64,000 nt of DNA from Escherichia coli (GTDB lineage: Bacteria > Pseudomonadota > Gammaproteobacteria > Enterobacterales > Enterobacteriaceae). A program made the position numbers and the translations under genes. The notes beneath the pieces were generated by a model. That model had not been told where the DNA came from. It worked only from the letters and a program-made list of their open reading frames with translations, and searched no databases. Position 1 is the first letter of the stretch; each line of letters starts with the position of its first letter. The DNA lies in NCBI RefSeq assembly GCF_041886205.1, contig NZ_CP169029.1; one strand, written 5' to 3'. Below are positions 14,113 to 26,126 of the stretch, one piece after another.

Positions 14113-16725
14113 TCAAGCCAGTGCTTTAGTTATCTTCTCGTACAGATCGCCAGAGAGATTTTCCAGCCCTTTCAACTGCTCCAGCGCCGCGCGCATTTTC
14201 TCCTGACGTTTGGCATCGTAACGTTTCAGGCGAATCAGCGGTTCAATCAGACGTGAAGCCACCTGCGGGTTACGGCTGTTGAGGTCGGTAAGCATTTCCA
14301 CCAGGAACTGGTAACCACTGCCATCGTCGGCATGGAACGCTGCCGGGTTGCTGCCCGCAAACGCGCCAATCAACGAACGAATACGGTTCGGGTTGCTCAT
14401 GGTAAATGAGCGATGCTGCAACAGACCACGTACCGTCTCCAGCACATTCGCCGCCGGGCTGGTGGCTTGCAGGATAAACCATTTATCCATCACCAGACCA
14501 TCCTGATGCCACTTGTCGTCGTACTCCTGCATCAGCGCGTCACGGCATGGCAGCTGTGCGGCAACCGCCGCAGAAAGCGCCGCCAGCGCATCGGTCATAT
14601 TGTTCGCTTCATGGAACTGCTTGCTCACCAGCACATCAGCCAGATGCGTTTCACCAAAAGCAAGGAAGCGCAGACAGGCATTACGCAGAGTGCGTTTTGC
14701 AATATCTTCATGCTCAACGCGGTACTCGCTCTGGTAATTCGCGTTGTAAATAGCCAGCAGCTCATCCGCCAGTTCAGTCGCCAGAGTACGAGTGAGTGCT
14801 TCGCGTACTTCGGCAATAGCAATCGGGTCGATGATATCGAACAGTTCAGCCATTTCATTGACGGATGGCAGAGTCAGAATTTCTGCCGCCAGTGCCGGGT
14901 CAATCTTCTCATCGAGCAGCACCGCGCGGAAGGCGTCGGCCACATGCACCGGCAGAGACAGCGGCTGCCCTTGCTGATGACGGGCGACGTTCAGCTTGAT
15001 GTAGGTTGCCAGCAAACTTTGCGCCGCATCCCAACGGGAGAAATCATTACGCGCATGACGCATCAGGAAGGTCAGTTGCTGATCGCTCCACTTATATTCC
15101 AGTTTCACTGGCGCAGAGAATTCGCACAGCAGCGCAGGCACCGGCTGGAAGTAGACATTATCAAAGACAAAGGTCTGTTCCGCCTGAGTGACGTTCAGCA
15201 CGGAATTCACCGGATGACCGCCTTTCTGCAACGGGATCACTTTGCCTTCGTTATCATACAGTTCGATGGCAAACGGAATATGCAGCGGCTGTTTTTCTGC
15301 CTGATCCGGCGTGGCTGGCGTGCGCTGGCTGATGGTCAGGGTGTACTGCTCGGTTTCCGGATTGTAGTCGTCTTTGACGGTCACAATCGGTGTACCGGAC
15401 TGGCTGTACCAACGGCGGAAATGGGAGAGATCGACATTCGACGCATCTTCCATCGCCTGCACAAAGTCGTCACAGGTCGCTGCACTACCATCATGACGCT
15501 CGAAATAAAGCTGCATCCCTTTCTGGAAGTTTTCTTCGCCCAATAGGGTATGGATCATGCGAATCACTTCCGCGCCCTTCTCGTAAACGGTCAGGGTGTA
15601 GAAGTTGTTCATCTCAATGACCATATCCGGGCGGATCGGGTGCGCCATCGGGCTGGCGTCTTCTGCAAACTGCAATCCGCGCATGGTGCGCACATTATTG
15701 ATGCGGTTAACTGCGCGGGAACCAAGGTCAGAGCTGAACTCCTGATCGCGGAAGACGGTTAAACCTTCTTTCAGGCTGAGCTGGAACCAGTCGCGGCAGG
15801 TCACTCGGTTACCGGTCCAGTTATGGAAATATTCATGGCCGATAACGCGTTCAATATCGAGGTAATCTTTATCGGTGGCGGTGTCGGTGCGGGCCAGCAC
15901 ATATTTGGAGTTAAAGATATTCAGACCTTTATTCTCCATTGCGCCCATATTAAAGAAGTCCACCGCGACGATCATATAGATGTCGAGGTCATACTCCAGG
16001 CCGAAGCGTTCTTCATCCCATTTCATGGAGTTTTTCAGCGAGGTCATCGCCCACGGCGCGCGGTCGAGGTTGCCGCGATCGACGTACAACTCCAGCGCCA
16101 CTTCGCGACCAGAACGCGTGGTGAAGGTGTCGCGCAGCACGTCGAAGTCGCCTGCAACCAGCGCAAACAGGTAGCACGGTTTAGGGAACGGATCCTGCCA
16201 CTGTACCCAATGGCGTCCGTTTTCCAGTTCGCCTTGCGCAACGCGGTTACCGTTGGAAAGCAGGAAGGGATATTTGGTTTTATCGGCTATAATTTTGGTG
16301 GTAAAACGCGCCAGCACGTCCGGGCGGTCGAGATAATACGTAATGTGGCGGAAACCTTCGGCTTCACACTGGGTGCAAAGCGCATCGCCTGACTGATAAA
16401 GCCCTTCCAGCGCAGTATTCGCCGCCGGGCTAATTTCATTAACGATCTTAAGCGTAAAACGCTCCGGCAAATTACTGATGACCAGTGCGCCCTCTTCTTC
16501 TTTCCAGGCGGTCCACGGCTCATCATTAATATGAACAGAAACCAGTTTAAGATCTTCGCCATCAAGACGAAGCGGAGTATCTGATGCACCATGACGGGCA
16601 GCCTGGCTGACCGCGGTAACGACCGTCTTTTGCGCGTCCAGGTCAAAGGTCAAGTCAATATCAGTAATCTGGTAATCCGGCGCACGATAATCGTGACGGT
16701 ATTTGGCTTGTGGCTGTTGAGTCAT
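14113..16725 (-). CDS. pepN: Aminopeptidase N
   Basis: 870-aa ORF with M1 zinc-peptidase motifs (GAMEN, HEYFHNWTGN...E). Confidence 0.95.
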   Translation of the reverse strand: MTQQPQAKYRHDYRAPDYQITDIDLTFDLDAQKTVVTAVSQAARHGASDTPLRLDGEDLKLVSVHINDEPWTAWKEEEGALVISNLPERFTLKIVNEISPAANTALEGLYQSGDALCTQCEAEGFRHITYYLDRPDVLARFTTKIIADKTKYPFLLSNGNRVAQGELENGRHWVQWQDPFPKPCYLFALVAGDFDVLRDTFTTRSGREVALELYVDRGNLDRAPWAMTSLKNSMKWDEERFGLEYDLDIYMIVAVDFFNMGAMENKGLNIFNSKYVLARTDTATDKDYLDIERVIGHEYFHNWTGNRVTCRDWFQLSLKEGLTVFRDQEFSSDLGSRAVNRINNVRTMRGLQFAEDASPMAHPIRPDMVIEMNNFYTLTVYEKGAEVIRMIHTLLGEENFQKGMQLYFERHDGSAATCDDFVQAMEDASNVDLSHFRRWYSQSGTPIVTVKDDYNPETEQYTLTISQRTPATPDQAEKQPLHIPFAIELYDNEGKVIPLQKGGHPVNSVLNVTQAEQTFVFDNVYFQPVPALLCEFSAPVKLEYKWSDQQLTFLMRHARNDFSRWDAAQSLLATYIKLNVARHQQGQPLSLPVHVADAFRAVLLDEKIDPALAAEILTLPSVNEMAELFDIIDPIAIAEVREALTRTLATELADELLAIYNANYQSEYRVEHEDIAKRTLRNACLRFLAFGETHLADVLVSKQFHEANNMTDALAALSAAVAAQLPCRDALMQEYDDKWHQDGLVMDKWFILQATSPAANVLETVRGLLQHRSFTMSNPNRIRSLIGAFAGSNPAAFHADDGSGYQFLVEMLTDLNSRNPQVASRLIEPLIRLKRYDAKRQEKMRAALEQLKGLENLSGDLYEKITKALA

Positions 16726-16943
16726 AAATAACCTTTAGCATCTTTTATAGAGTCTGGTGTTCAGTCTATTCCTGTTGCGTAAATCGCGCTATGCAGAATC
16801 TTCATCTTTTCAGGTACAAACGCCCTTATTGCTACATTTTTATAACATACACCGCGTAGTGCCATCGACCAGAAAGGTGGCATATGGTGTGATCGGGGTT
16901 CAATAAATTGCGAAACAAGGTATACTCCAGCAGTTCCTGAAGA

Positions 16944-16961
16944 TGTTTATTGTACTAAACG
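16944..16961. promoter_or_regulatory. Putative NadR operator (NAD box) at pncB promoter
   Basis: Palindrome TGTTTA-ttgtac-TAAACg about 30 bp upstream of pncB ATG, just downstream of a TATACT -10-like hexamer (16921-16926). Confidence 0.5.
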
Positions 16962-16990
16962 CTCCTGTACGAGGACGCTACTGCGCACCT

Positions 16991-18193
16991 ATGACACAAT
17001 TCGCTTCTCCTGTTCTGCACTCGTTGCTGGATACAGATGCTTATAAGTTGCATATGCAGCAAGCCGTGTTTCATCACTATTACGATGTGCATGTCGCGGC
17101 GGAGTTTCGTTGCCGAGGTGACGATCTGCTGGGTATTTATGCCGATGCTATTCGTGAACAGGTTCAGGCGATGCAGCACCTGCGCCTGCAGGATGATGAA
17201 TATCAATGGCTCTCAGCCCTGCCTTTCTTTAAGGCCGACTATCTTAACTGGTTACGCGAGTTCCGCTTTAACCCGGAACAAGTCACCGTATCCAACGATA
17301 ATGGCAAGCTGGATATTCGTTTAAGCGGCCCGTGGCGTGAAGTCATCCTCTGGGAAGTTCCTTTGCTGGCGGTTATCAGTGAAATGGTACATCGCTATCG
17401 CTCACCGCAGGCCGACGTTGCGCAAGCCCTCGACACGCTGGAAAGCAAATTAGTCGACTTCTCGGCATTAACCGCCGGTCTTGATATGTCGCGCTTCCAT
17501 CTGATGGATTTTGGCACCCGCCGCCGTTTTTCTCGCGAAGTACAAGAAACCATCGTTAAGCGTCTGCAACAGGAATCCTGGTTCGTGGGCACCAGCAACT
17601 ATGATCTGGCGCGCCGGCTTTCCCTCACGCCGATGGGAACACAGGCACACGAATGGTTCCAGGCGCATCAGCAAATCAGCCCGGATCTAGCCAACAGCCA
17701 GCGAGCTGCACTTGCTGCCTGGCTGGAAGAGTATCCCGACCAACTTGGCATTGCATTAACCGACTGCATCACTATGGATGCTTTCCTGCGTGATTTCGGT
17801 GTCGAGTTCGCTAGTCGGTATCAGGGCCTGCGTCATGACTCTGGCGACCCGGTTGAATGGGGTGAAAAAGCCATTGCACATTATGAAAAGCTGGGAATTG
17901 ATCCACAGAGTAAAACGCTGGTTTTCTCTGACAATCTGGATTTACGCAAAGCGGTTGAGCTATACCGCCACTTCTCTTCCCGCGTGCAATTAAGTTTTGG
18001 TATTGGGACTCGCCTGACCTGCGATATCCCCCAGGTAAAACCCCTGAATATTGTGATTAAGTTGGTAGAGTGTAACGGTAAACCGGTGGCGAAACTTTCT
18101 GACAGCCCTGGCAAAACTATCTGCCACGATAAAGCGTTTGTTCGGGCGCTGCGCAAAGCGTTCGACCTTCCGCATATTAAAAAAGCCAGTTAA
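16991..18193 (+). CDS. pncB: Nicotinate phosphoribosyltransferase
   Basis: ORF 16943..18193; start at ATG 16991 ([22 protein letters not shown]), 400 aa. Confidence 0.95.
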   Translation: MTQFASPVLHSLLDTDAYKLHMQQAVFHHYYDVHVAAEFRCRGDDLLGIYADAIREQVQAMQHLRLQDDEYQWLSALPFFKADYLNWLREFRFNPEQVTVSNDNGKLDIRLSGPWREVILWEVPLLAVISEMVHRYRSPQADVAQALDTLESKLVDFSALTAGLDMSRFHLMDFGTRRRFSREVQETIVKRLQQESWFVGTSNYDLARRLSLTPMGTQAHEWFQAHQQISPDLANSQRAALAAWLEEYPDQLGIALTDCITMDAFLRDFGVEFASRYQGLRHDSGDPVEWGEKAIAHYEKLGIDPQSKTLVFSDNLDLRKAVELYRHFSSRVQLSFGIGTRLTCDIPQVKPLNIVIKLVECNGKPVAKLSDSPGKTICHDKAFVRALRKAFDLPHIKKAS

Positions 18194-18201
18194 TATCATC
18201 A

Positions 18202-18227
18202 GGGAGCTAATCGGCTCCCTTTTTTTA
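18202..18227 (+). terminator. Rho-independent terminator after pncB
   Basis: Stem gggagc/gctccc with 6-nt loop followed by T7 run. Confidence 0.6.
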
Positions 18228-18361
18228 CCTTTAATTCCGAAATCTTTCGCTGCATTTGCGAATTCTGCTTGTCTGATTGCAGATGCCAGGTAACATAGGT
18301 ATCCCCCCATTTACGGGTGGACAAGTGTTTATTTTTTCCGACTATTAACAGAGAGAATATT

Positions 18362-19762
18362 ATGAGCGTTGTGCCTGTAGCCGACGTACTCCAGGGCCGT
18401 GTAGCCGTTGACAGCGAAGTCACCGTGCGCGGATGGGTACGTACCCGCCGAGATTCAAAAGCTGGCATCTCCTTCCTCGCCGTTTATGACGGTTCCTGCT
18501 TTGATCCTGTACAGGCTGTCATCAATAATTCTCTGCCCAATTACAATGAAGACGTCCTGCGTCTGACCACCGGCTGCTCGGTCATTGTGACGGGTAAAGT
18601 CGTGGCGTCGCCGGGCCAGGGGCAACAATTTGAAATTCAGGCCAGCAAGGTTGAAGTTGCTGGTTGGGTTGAAGATCCAGACACTTACCCGATGGCGGCA
18701 AAACGCCACAGCATTGAGTATCTGCGTGAAGTCGCTCACCTGCGTCCGCGCACAAACCTGATTGGTGCCGTCGCGCGCGTTCGCCATACGCTGGCGCAGG
18801 CGCTGCATCGCTTCTTTAACGAGCAGGGATTCTTCTGGGTTTCAACGCCACTGATTACTGCGTCTGATACCGAAGGGGCTGGCGAAATGTTCCGCGTTTC
18901 TACGCTGGATCTGGAAAATCTGCCGCGTAACGATCAGGGCAAAGTGGATTTCGACAAAGACTTCTTTGGTAAAGAGTCTTTCCTGACCGTATCTGGCCAG
19001 TTGAACGGCGAAACCTACGCTTGCGCATTATCCAAAATTTATACCTTCGGCCCGACTTTCCGTGCTGAAAACTCCAACACCAGCCGTCACCTGGCGGAGT
19101 TCTGGATGCTGGAGCCGGAAGTGGCGTTTGCTAACCTGAACGATATCGCGGGTCTGGCTGAAGCCATGCTGAAATATGTCTTCAAAGCGGTTCTCGAAGA
19201 ACGCGCAGACGACATGAAATTCTTCGCTGAACGCGTAGATAAAGATGCCGTTTCACGTCTGGAACGCTTCATTGAGGCCGATTTCGCGCAGGTGGATTAC
19301 ACCGACGCAGTGACCATTCTCGAAAACTGCGGCAGGAAGTTTGAAAACCCGGTTTACTGGGGCGTCGATCTCTCTTCTGAGCATGAGCGTTATCTGGCGG
19401 AAGAACACTTTAAAGCACCGGTAGTGGTTAAAAACTATCCGAAAGATATTAAAGCGTTCTATATGCGCCTCAACGAAGACGGTAAAACCGTTGCGGCTAT
19501 GGACGTTCTGGCTCCGGGCATCGGTGAGATCATTGGTGGCTCCCAGCGTGAAGAACGTCTGGACGTTCTGGACGAGCGTATGCTGGAAATGGGCCTGAAT
19601 AAAGAAGATTACTGGTGGTATCGCGATCTGCGTCGCTACGGTACTGTTCCGCATTCAGGTTTCGGTCTTGGTTTTGAACGCCTGATTGCTTACGTAACTG
19701 GCGTGCAAAACGTGCGTGATGTGATTCCGTTCCCACGTACTCCGCGCAACGCCAGCTTCTGA
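18362..19762 (+). CDS. asnS: Asparagine--tRNA ligase
   Basis: ORF 18317..19762; start at ATG 18362 ([30 protein letters not shown]), 466 aa; class II aaRS motifs. Confidence 0.95.
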
Positions 19763-19775
19763 TTTTCTTCCTCAA

Positions 19776-19803
19776 AGAGCCAGCGCCTGCTGGCTCTTTT
19801 TTA
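19776..19803 (+). terminator. Rho-independent terminator after asnS
   Basis: 9-bp stem agagccagc/gctggctct followed by T-run. Confidence 0.6.
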
Positions 19804-20152
19804 TCCTTTCTGTCAAGTTATCTGTTTGTTAAGTCAAGCAATCTATTTGCAACCCCGCCATAACGATCATCCTGTTACGGAATATTACATTGCAACATTT
19901 ACGCACAAAAAATAACCTGGATTCTTATTGCGGATTAGTTTTTTCTTAGCTGATAGCACAATTTTCATACTATTTTTTGGCATTCTGGATGTCTGAACGA
20001 GGATTTAGTGCCAGGTCGATAAAGTTTCCATCAGAAACAAAATTTCCGTTTAGTTAATTTAAATATAAGGAAATCATATAAATAGATAAAAATTGCTGTA
20101 AATATCATCACGCTTCTATGGAAATATGACGGTGTTCACAAAGTTCCTTAAA

Positions 20153-20363
20153 TTTTACTTTTGGTTACATATTTTTTCTTTTTGAAACCAAATCTTTATC
20201 TTTGTAGCACTTTCACGGTAGCGAAACGTTAGTTTGAATGGAAAGATGCCTGCAGACACATAAAGACACCAAACTCTCATCAATAGTTCCGTAAATTTTT
20301 ATTGACAGAACTTATTGACGGCAGTGGCAGGTGTCATAAAAAAAACCATGAGGGTAATAAATA
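20153..20363 (+). promoter_or_regulatory. ompF promoter with tandem OmpR-binding region and long 5' UTR (MicF target)
   Basis: AT-rich block tttacttttggttacatattttttctttttgaaaccaaatctttatctttgtagcactttcac (20153 onward) resembles the tandem OmpR sites; about 110-nt leader with GAGGG ribosome-binding site before ATG 20364. Confidence 0.55.
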
Positions 20364-21452
20364 ATGATGAAGCGCAATATTCTGGCAGTGATCGTCCCTG
20401 CTCTGTTAGTAGCAGGTACTGCAAACGCTGCAGAAATCTATAACAAAGATGGCAACAAAGTAGATCTGTACGGTAAAGCTGTCGGTCTGCATTATTTTTC
20501 TAAAGACAATGGTGTAAACAGTTACGGCGGAAACGGCGACAAAACTTATGCCCGTCTTGGTTTTAAAGGGGAAACACAAATCAATTCCGATCTGACCGGT
20601 TATGGTCAGTGGGAATATAACTTCCAGGGTAACAACTCTGAAGGCGCTGACGCTCAAACTGGTAACAAAACGCGTCTGGCATTCGCGGGTCTTAAATACG
20701 CTGACATTGGTTCTTTCGATTACGGCCGTAACTACGGTGTGGTTTATGATGCACTGGGTTACACCGATATGCTGCCAGAATTTGGTGGTGATACTGCATA
20801 CAGCGATGACTTCTTCGTTGGTCGTGTTGGCGGCGTTGCTACCTATCGTAACTCCAACTTCTTTGGTCTGGTTGATGGCCTGAACTTCGCTGTTCAGTAC
20901 CTGGGTAAAAACGAGCGTGACACTGCACGCCGCTCTAACGGCGACGGTGTTGGCGGTTCTATCAGCTACGAATACGAAGGCTTTGGTATCGTTGGTGCTT
21001 ATGGTGCAGCTGACCGTACCAACCTGCAAGAAGCTCAACCTCTTGGCAACGGTAAAAAAGCTGAACAGTGGGCTACTGGTCTGAAGTACGACGCGAACAA
21101 CATCTACCTGGCAGCGAACTACGGTGAAACCCGTAACGCTACGCCGATCACTAATAAATTTACAAACACCAGCGGCTTCGCCAACAAAACGCAAGACGTT
21201 CTGTTAGTTGCGCAATACCAGTTCGATTTCGGTCTGCGTCCGTCCATCGCTTACACCAAATCTAAAGCGAAAGACGTAGAAGGTATCGGTGATGTTGATC
21301 TGGTGAACTACTTTGAAGTGGGCGCAACCTACTACTTCAACAAAAACATGTCCACCTATGTTGACTACATCATCAACCAGATCGATTCTGACAACAAACT
21401 GGGCGTAGGTTCAGACGACACCGTTGCTGTGGGTATCGTTTACCAGTTCTAA
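20364..21452 (+). CDS. ompF: Outer membrane porin F
   Basis: 362-aa [41 protein letters not shown]..., C-terminal VYQF. Confidence 0.97.
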   Translation: MMKRNILAVIVPALLVAGTANAAEIYNKDGNKVDLYGKAVGLHYFSKDNGVNSYGGNGDKTYARLGFKGETQINSDLTGYGQWEYNFQGNNSEGADAQTGNKTRLAFAGLKYADIGSFDYGRNYGVVYDALGYTDMLPEFGGDTAYSDDFFVGRVGGVATYRNSNFFGLVDGLNFAVQYLGKNERDTARRSNGDGVGGSISYEYEGFGIVGAYGAADRTNLQEAQPLGNGKKAEQWATGLKYDANNIYLAANYGETRNATPITNKFTNTSGFANKTQDVLLVAQYQFDFGLRPSIAYTKSKAKDVEGIGDVDLVNYFEVGATYYFNKNMSTYVDYIINQIDSDNKLGVGSDDTVAVGIVYQF

Positions 21453-21477
21453 TAGCACACCTCTTTGTTAAATGCCG

Positions 21478-21508
21478 AAAAAACAGGACTTTGGTCCTGT
21501 TTTTTTTA
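21478..21508 (+). terminator. Rho-independent terminator after ompF
   Basis: Stem acaggac/gtcctgt followed by T8 run. Confidence 0.65.
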
Positions 21509-21636
21509 TACCTTCCAGAGCAATCTCACGTCTTGCAAAAACAGCCTGCGTTTTCATCAGTAATAGTTGGAATTTTGTAAATCTCCCGTTACCCTGATAG
21601 CGGACTTCCCTTCTGTAACCATAATGGAACCTCGTC

Positions 21637-22827
21637 ATGTTTGAGAACATTACCGCCGCTCCTGCCGACCCGATTCTGGGCCTGGCCGATCTGTTTCGTG
21701 CCGATGAACGTCCCGGCAAAATTAACCTCGGGATTGGTGTCTATAAAGATGAGACGGGCAAAACCCCGGTACTGACCAGCGTGAAAAAGGCTGAACAGTA
21801 TCTGCTCGAAAATGAAACCACCAAAAATTACCTCGGCATTGACGGCATCCCTGAATTTGGTCGCTGCACTCAGGAACTGCTGTTTGGTAAAGGTAGCGCC
21901 CTGATCAATGACAAACGTGCTCGCACGGCACAGACTCCGGGGGGCACTGGCGCACTACGCGTGGCTGCCGATTTCCTGGCAAAAAATACCAGCGTTAAGC
22001 GTGTGTGGGTGAGCAACCCAAGCTGGCCGAACCATAAGAGCGTCTTTAACTCTGCAGGTCTGGAAGTTCGTGAATACGCTTATTATGATGCGGAAAATCA
22101 CACTCTTGACTTCGATGCACTGATTAACAGCCTGAATGAAGCTCAGGCTGGCGACGTAGTGCTGTTCCATGGCTGCTGCCATAACCCAACCGGTATCGAC
22201 CCTACGCTGGAACAATGGCAGACACTGGCACAACTCTCCGTTGAGAAAGGCTGGTTACCGCTGTTTGACTTCGCTTACCAGGGTTTTGCCCGTGGTCTGG
22301 AAGAAGATGCTGAAGGACTGCGCGCTTTCGCGGCTATGCATAAAGAGCTGATTGTTGCCAGTTCCTACTCTAAAAACTTTGGCCTGTACAACGAGCGTGT
22401 TGGCGCTTGTACTCTGGTTGCTGCCGACAGTGAAACCGTTGATCGCGCATTCAGCCAAATGAAAGCGGCGATTCGCGCTAACTACTCTAACCCACCAGCA
22501 CACGGCGCTTCTGTTGTTGCCACCATCCTGAGCAACGATGCGTTACGTGCGATTTGGGAACAAGAGCTGACTGATATGCGCCAGCGTATTCAGCGTATGC
22601 GTCAGTTGTTCGTCAATACGCTGCAGGAAAAAGGCGCAAACCGCGACTTCAGCTTTATCATCAAACAGAACGGCATGTTCTCCTTCAGTGGCCTGACAAA
22701 AGAACAAGTGCTGCGTCTGCGCGAAGAGTTTGGCGTATATGCGGTTGCTTCTGGTCGCGTAAATGTGGCCGGGATGACACCAGATAACATGGCTCCGCTG
22801 TGCGAAGCGATTGTGGCAGTGCTGTAA
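21637..22827 (+). CDS. aspC: Aspartate aminotransferase
   Basis: 396-aa [39 protein letters not shown]...; PLP-lysine region [14 protein letters not shown]. Confidence 0.97.
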   Translation: MFENITAAPADPILGLADLFRADERPGKINLGIGVYKDETGKTPVLTSVKKAEQYLLENETTKNYLGIDGIPEFGRCTQELLFGKGSALINDKRARTAQTPGGTGALRVAADFLAKNTSVKRVWVSNPSWPNHKSVFNSAGLEVREYAYYDAENHTLDFDALINSLNEAQAGDVVLFHGCCHNPTGIDPTLEQWQTLAQLSVEKGWLPLFDFAYQGFARGLEEDAEGLRAFAAMHKELIVASSYSKNFGLYNERVGACTLVAADSETVDRAFSQMKAAIRANYSNPPAHGASVVATILSNDALRAIWEQELTDMRQRIQRMRQLFVNTLQEKGANRDFSFIIKQNGMFSFSGLTKEQVLRLREEFGVYAVASGRVNVAGMTPDNMAPLCEAIVAVL

Positions 22828-22837
22828 GCGTTAAAAA

Positions 22838-22870
22838 CAATGAAGCCCGCTGAAAAGCGGGCTTTTTTAT
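22838..22870. terminator. Bidirectional rho-independent terminator between convergent aspC and ycbL
   Basis: Stem agcccgc/gcgggct flanked by A-run on one side and T-run on the other. Confidence 0.6.
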
Positions 22871-22875
22871 GCGAC

Positions 22876-23523
22876 TTACCAGACGGGCATTTCGTCTTGC
22901 AGGAAGGGATTGTGCAGGCGCTCATAACCAAGAGTGGATAATGGTCCGTGACCCGGAATAAATGTCACGTCATCCCCCAGTGGCAGCAATTTATCTTTGA
23001 TTGAAGAAATCAGTTGATTATGATCGCCACGCGGGAAGTCACTGCGCCCTACTCCGCCTTTGAAAATAACATCGCCAGAAATCAGCAGCTTTGCCCGATC
23101 ATCAAAAAACACGACATGACCCGGCGTATGCCCAGGGCAATGTAACACCTGTAAAGTCACATTCCCTATGCTGATGGTATCGCCTTCGTTCAGCCAACGA
23201 TCTGGCGTCAGCGGCTGGCACTCTTCCAGACCAAACATACGACTTTGCGCAGGCAAGCCTTGCAGCCAGAACTCATCTTCTTTTTCCGGGCCAAAAACCG
23301 GCACGCCGTAATGTTGCGCCAGTTCCGCCGCTGCGCCAACGTGGTCCAGATGACCATGCGTCAGCAGGATCTGCATCAGTGTCAGGCCGCTGTCATCAAC
23401 TTCCTGTTTGATTTTTTCCGCATCGCCGCCAGGATCGACCAGTGCGGCCAGGCGGGTTTGTTCACACCAGATCAATGAACAGTTCTGGGAGAATGCGGTG
23501 ACCGGAATAATACGATAGTTCAT
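22876..23523 (-). CDS. ycbL: Metallo-beta-lactamase-fold hydrolase (glyoxalase II-like) YcbL
   Basis: 215-aa ORF with HxHxDH motif (THGHLDHVG). Confidence 0.9.
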   Translation of the reverse strand: MNYRIIPVTAFSQNCSLIWCEQTRLAALVDPGGDAEKIKQEVDDSGLTLMQILLTHGHLDHVGAAAELAQHYGVPVFGPEKEDEFWLQGLPAQSRMFGLEECQPLTPDRWLNEGDTISIGNVTLQVLHCPGHTPGHVVFFDDRAKLLISGDVIFKGGVGRSDFPRGDHNQLISSIKDKLLPLGDDVTFIPGHGPLSTLGYERLHNPFLQDEMPVW

Positions 23524-23549
23524 ACTGCCCCTGTTTCGTTAAGCAATTA

Positions 23550-24098
23550 CTACCAGTGCCGTGCTGGCCCGGTATCAATATGCACAAAGTTACTACGTGG
23601 GTAATATCCTACACCACCTGCGCGCATAGATAACGCGGCTTTGCGAATATTGCTTAACGCGATACCTTCAATATGGAAATCCATCGCCTGGCCTTTAGTG
23701 TGATAGCTTTTCTTCGCTACTCCACGGCTGCGGGCGCGTAGTTCATTGTTGGTATCAATGGAACGATAACCGGAAATGAGTTGCACCGGTTTGCGGGTGC
23801 CTAACAACCCTTGCAGGCGATACAACTGGTCGAATAATCCTGGGTCGATGGACTTTATTTTGTTCGCGCGGTAATCGCGGAAAAAATGGTTAAGTTTTGC
23901 CAATTCTTCCTGAATATAGCCTCTGCCATCGAAAAACTCCGCTTTGATTGACTCTCCGGTATGAAGATTATTGAGTGTCAAAATGCGCGGGCGTGGGGTA
24001 GAGAGTGTTGCAAACGCAGGGGTCGGCAGGATGGCGGCACCGAGTGCAACGCCACCAAGCGCCAGCAATTTGCGGCGATTAGCGTCGAATTTGTCCAT
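23550..24098 (-). CDS. mepK: Murein L,D-endopeptidase MepK (YcbK), Tat-exported
   Basis: ORF 23550..24107; start at ATG 24098 (MDKFDANRRKLLALGGVALGAAILPTPAFA with twin-arginine motif), 182 aa. Confidence 0.85.
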   Translation of the reverse strand: MDKFDANRRKLLALGGVALGAAILPTPAFATLSTPRPRILTLNNLHTGESIKAEFFDGRGYIQEELAKLNHFFRDYRANKIKSIDPGLFDQLYRLQGLLGTRKPVQLISGYRSIDTNNELRARSRGVAKKSYHTKGQAMDFHIEGIALSNIRKAALSMRAGGVGYYPRSNFVHIDTGPARHW

Positions 24099-24278
24099 GA
24101 TAATCAAGTCTACAGGTCAATGTTATCGTTTATATGCACTTCTGGCGCACAAGAGGCACCTTAACCGCCCGTAAAGCAGACGTCAAGATGACTAAACCCC
24201 AGCAGTGACGGGGGCTGCAGAGAATCGCCCCCAATCATGCTAATTATTACGACAACTGATTTCCCCGAACTACTTCAT

Positions 24279-26126
24279 TTACCTGATTAATTGTTCCGCT
24301 TTCGATACGATTTGCGAGCTGGATCGCGCAGGCAGATCATAATTGTAAATATCTGTACGATACTGGGTACGACCATCTGCACCAACAAAGGCAGTCAGGT
24401 AGTAGAGATTCACCGGAATCGACTGCCGAATATTGACGTAACGCGTATCACCCTGCTTCAGCGCATCAGAAATACGTTTGTCATTCCAGCCTGCATCCTG
24501 CAACAGCATATTCGCCAGATCGGAAGCTTTATTCACTCGTACACAGCCTGAGCTCAATGCGCGTGTATCACGCTTGAACAGATTGTGGTTCGGCGTGTCA
24601 TGCAAATAAATGGCCTCTGAACTCGGCATATTGAATTTATAGCGCCCCAGCGAGTTCCGTGGGCCTGGAGCCTGCTGGAAGCGGAACGGTAAATTCGAGG
24701 CCGTGATTGTAGACCAGTCAACCTGCCATGGGTCAATCGCTTCTCTGCTGTTCCAGCCGCGCATCACCGTATAGCCATGGCTTTCGAGATATCCCGGATC
24801 GTTGCGCACTTTCGGCAGAATATCTTTGCGTGCCAGAGTTGGTGGTACGTTCCACGGCGGGTTTACCACTACGTTGTTAAGGGCACTGCTCATCATCGGC
24901 GTTTTGCGATCGGGGCGACCGACAATGACTCGGGAATCCAGCACCTGATTGCCGTTCTGATAATAAACCAGCGAATAGGCCGGAATGTTAACCATGATCC
25001 CGGTAGAAAGCTCTGTTGGCAGCAAGCGCAATCGCTGGATGTTGAGTGCCAACACGCCAGCACGCTGGGCGGGCGTTACGTTTAACCAGTCCCGCGTTGC
25101 CGGGCCAATAGCACCATCTGCCCCCAATCCTTGCCATGCCTGAAAACGTTTAACGGCTTCCACCAGTTCATTATCGTAGGCGGCGCGAACGGCAGGCGCA
25201 GGTTTACTACGAGACGTCGTTTGTTTGTCCATCGGCTTAGTTTCTGCTGTTTCAACAGTAACAGCGGATGGGCTGACTACCGCGTCAGTTGGCGTGTCAT
25301 CGCCAGGTAGCGTAATTTTCGGCCCCCCGTCCAACATGCCTGTGCGTTGCAATATTTCGCGCAACGCCGGTACGTCGTTACTCCACTGCCCTGGGCGCAA
25401 CGTTGCTTTGCCGGTCAGTTGGGGCCACGGTTTGGTGTCACTAAGTAAGGCCAGTAACGACTCATGCATCGCCGCATATTGCGGATGCTGCGGTGCCAGT
25501 CCTGCAACAAACGTAGGCAATTGGCCTTTATCCAGCGCCAGCTGCCATTGGTTAATCACCGAAAGCGGCGGCGTTGCAAGCGCATAAGGTTTACTGCTAT
25601 ATAGCCAGCGAGTGCCTTTGACTGGAATATTTGCAATGAAATGGAGATAGCCCATCATCGCATCAGAGAGCACCACGTCGCGTGCCATCCCGTTAACACC
25701 AGGATCGGTCAGTAACTCTACCCATTTATTAAACTGCGGCTGGAAACCGGCAATCGCCACCTCTGCCAGCTGTTGCTGGAAGGCTTTAACAGCATCACGG
25801 TTTTCCCACATGGGTTGCATATCGCGTGCGGCATACAACAATTGAAGCTGGTTAAGATAAACCGGCTTGTAACCTGCGGGTAATTGAGATTCGATTTGCG
25901 TGCGGGCTTTTTCTGCCGCACCTTCAGGCAATGGCTGGATCCCCGCCATTATTGCCGTGGCTTGCGCCTGCGGCAGTGCCTCGCCCTGTTCACTGACAGC
26001 CACCGGGCTGTCGCCAGGGATTACTTCAGGCTCATCGGCCTGCGCATTGAACAGTGGAGCGAATGTTACGGCCAGGCACAAACTGATTGCCGACAGCCGA
26101 CGACCACACATCATATTAAGCAACAT
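24279..26126 (-). CDS. ldtD: L,D-transpeptidase LdtD (YcbB)
   Basis: 615-aa ORF with signal peptide and C-terminal YkuD-type catalytic region (HDTPNHNLF...SSGCVR). Confidence 0.9.
   Translation of the reverse strand: MLLNMMCGRRLSAISLCLAVTFAPLFNAQADEPEVIPGDSPVAVSEQGEALPQAQATAIMAGIQPLPEGAAEKARTQIESQLPAGYKPVYLNQLQLLYAARDMQPMWENRDAVKAFQQQLAEVAIAGFQPQFNKWVELLTDPGVNGMARDVVLSDAMMGYLHFIANIPVKGTRWLYSSKPYALATPPLSVINQWQLALDKGQLPTFVAGLAPQHPQYAAMHESLLALLSDTKPWPQLTGKATLRPGQWSNDVPALREILQRTGMLDGGPKITLPGDDTPTDAVVSPSAVTVETAETKPMDKQTTSRSKPAPAVRAAYDNELVEAVKRFQAWQGLGADGAIGPATRDWLNVTPAQRAGVLALNIQRLRLLPTELSTGIMVNIPAYSLVYYQNGNQVLDSRVIVGRPDRKTPMMSSALNNVVVNPPWNVPPTLARKDILPKVRNDPGYLESHGYTVMRGWNSREAIDPWQVDWSTITASNLPFRFQQAPGPRNSLGRYKFNMPSSEAIYLHDTPNHNLFKRDTRALSSGCVRVNKASDLANMLLQDAGWNDKRISDALKQGDTRYVNIRQSIPVNLYYLTAFVGADGRTQYRTDIYNYDLPARSSSQIVSKAEQLIR

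Noticed and set aside
14413-15546. 377-aa plus-strand ORF inside pepN
   Set aside because: It is antisense to the well-supported 870-aa aminopeptidase N gene and has arginine/histidine/glutamine-rich shadow-ORF composition.
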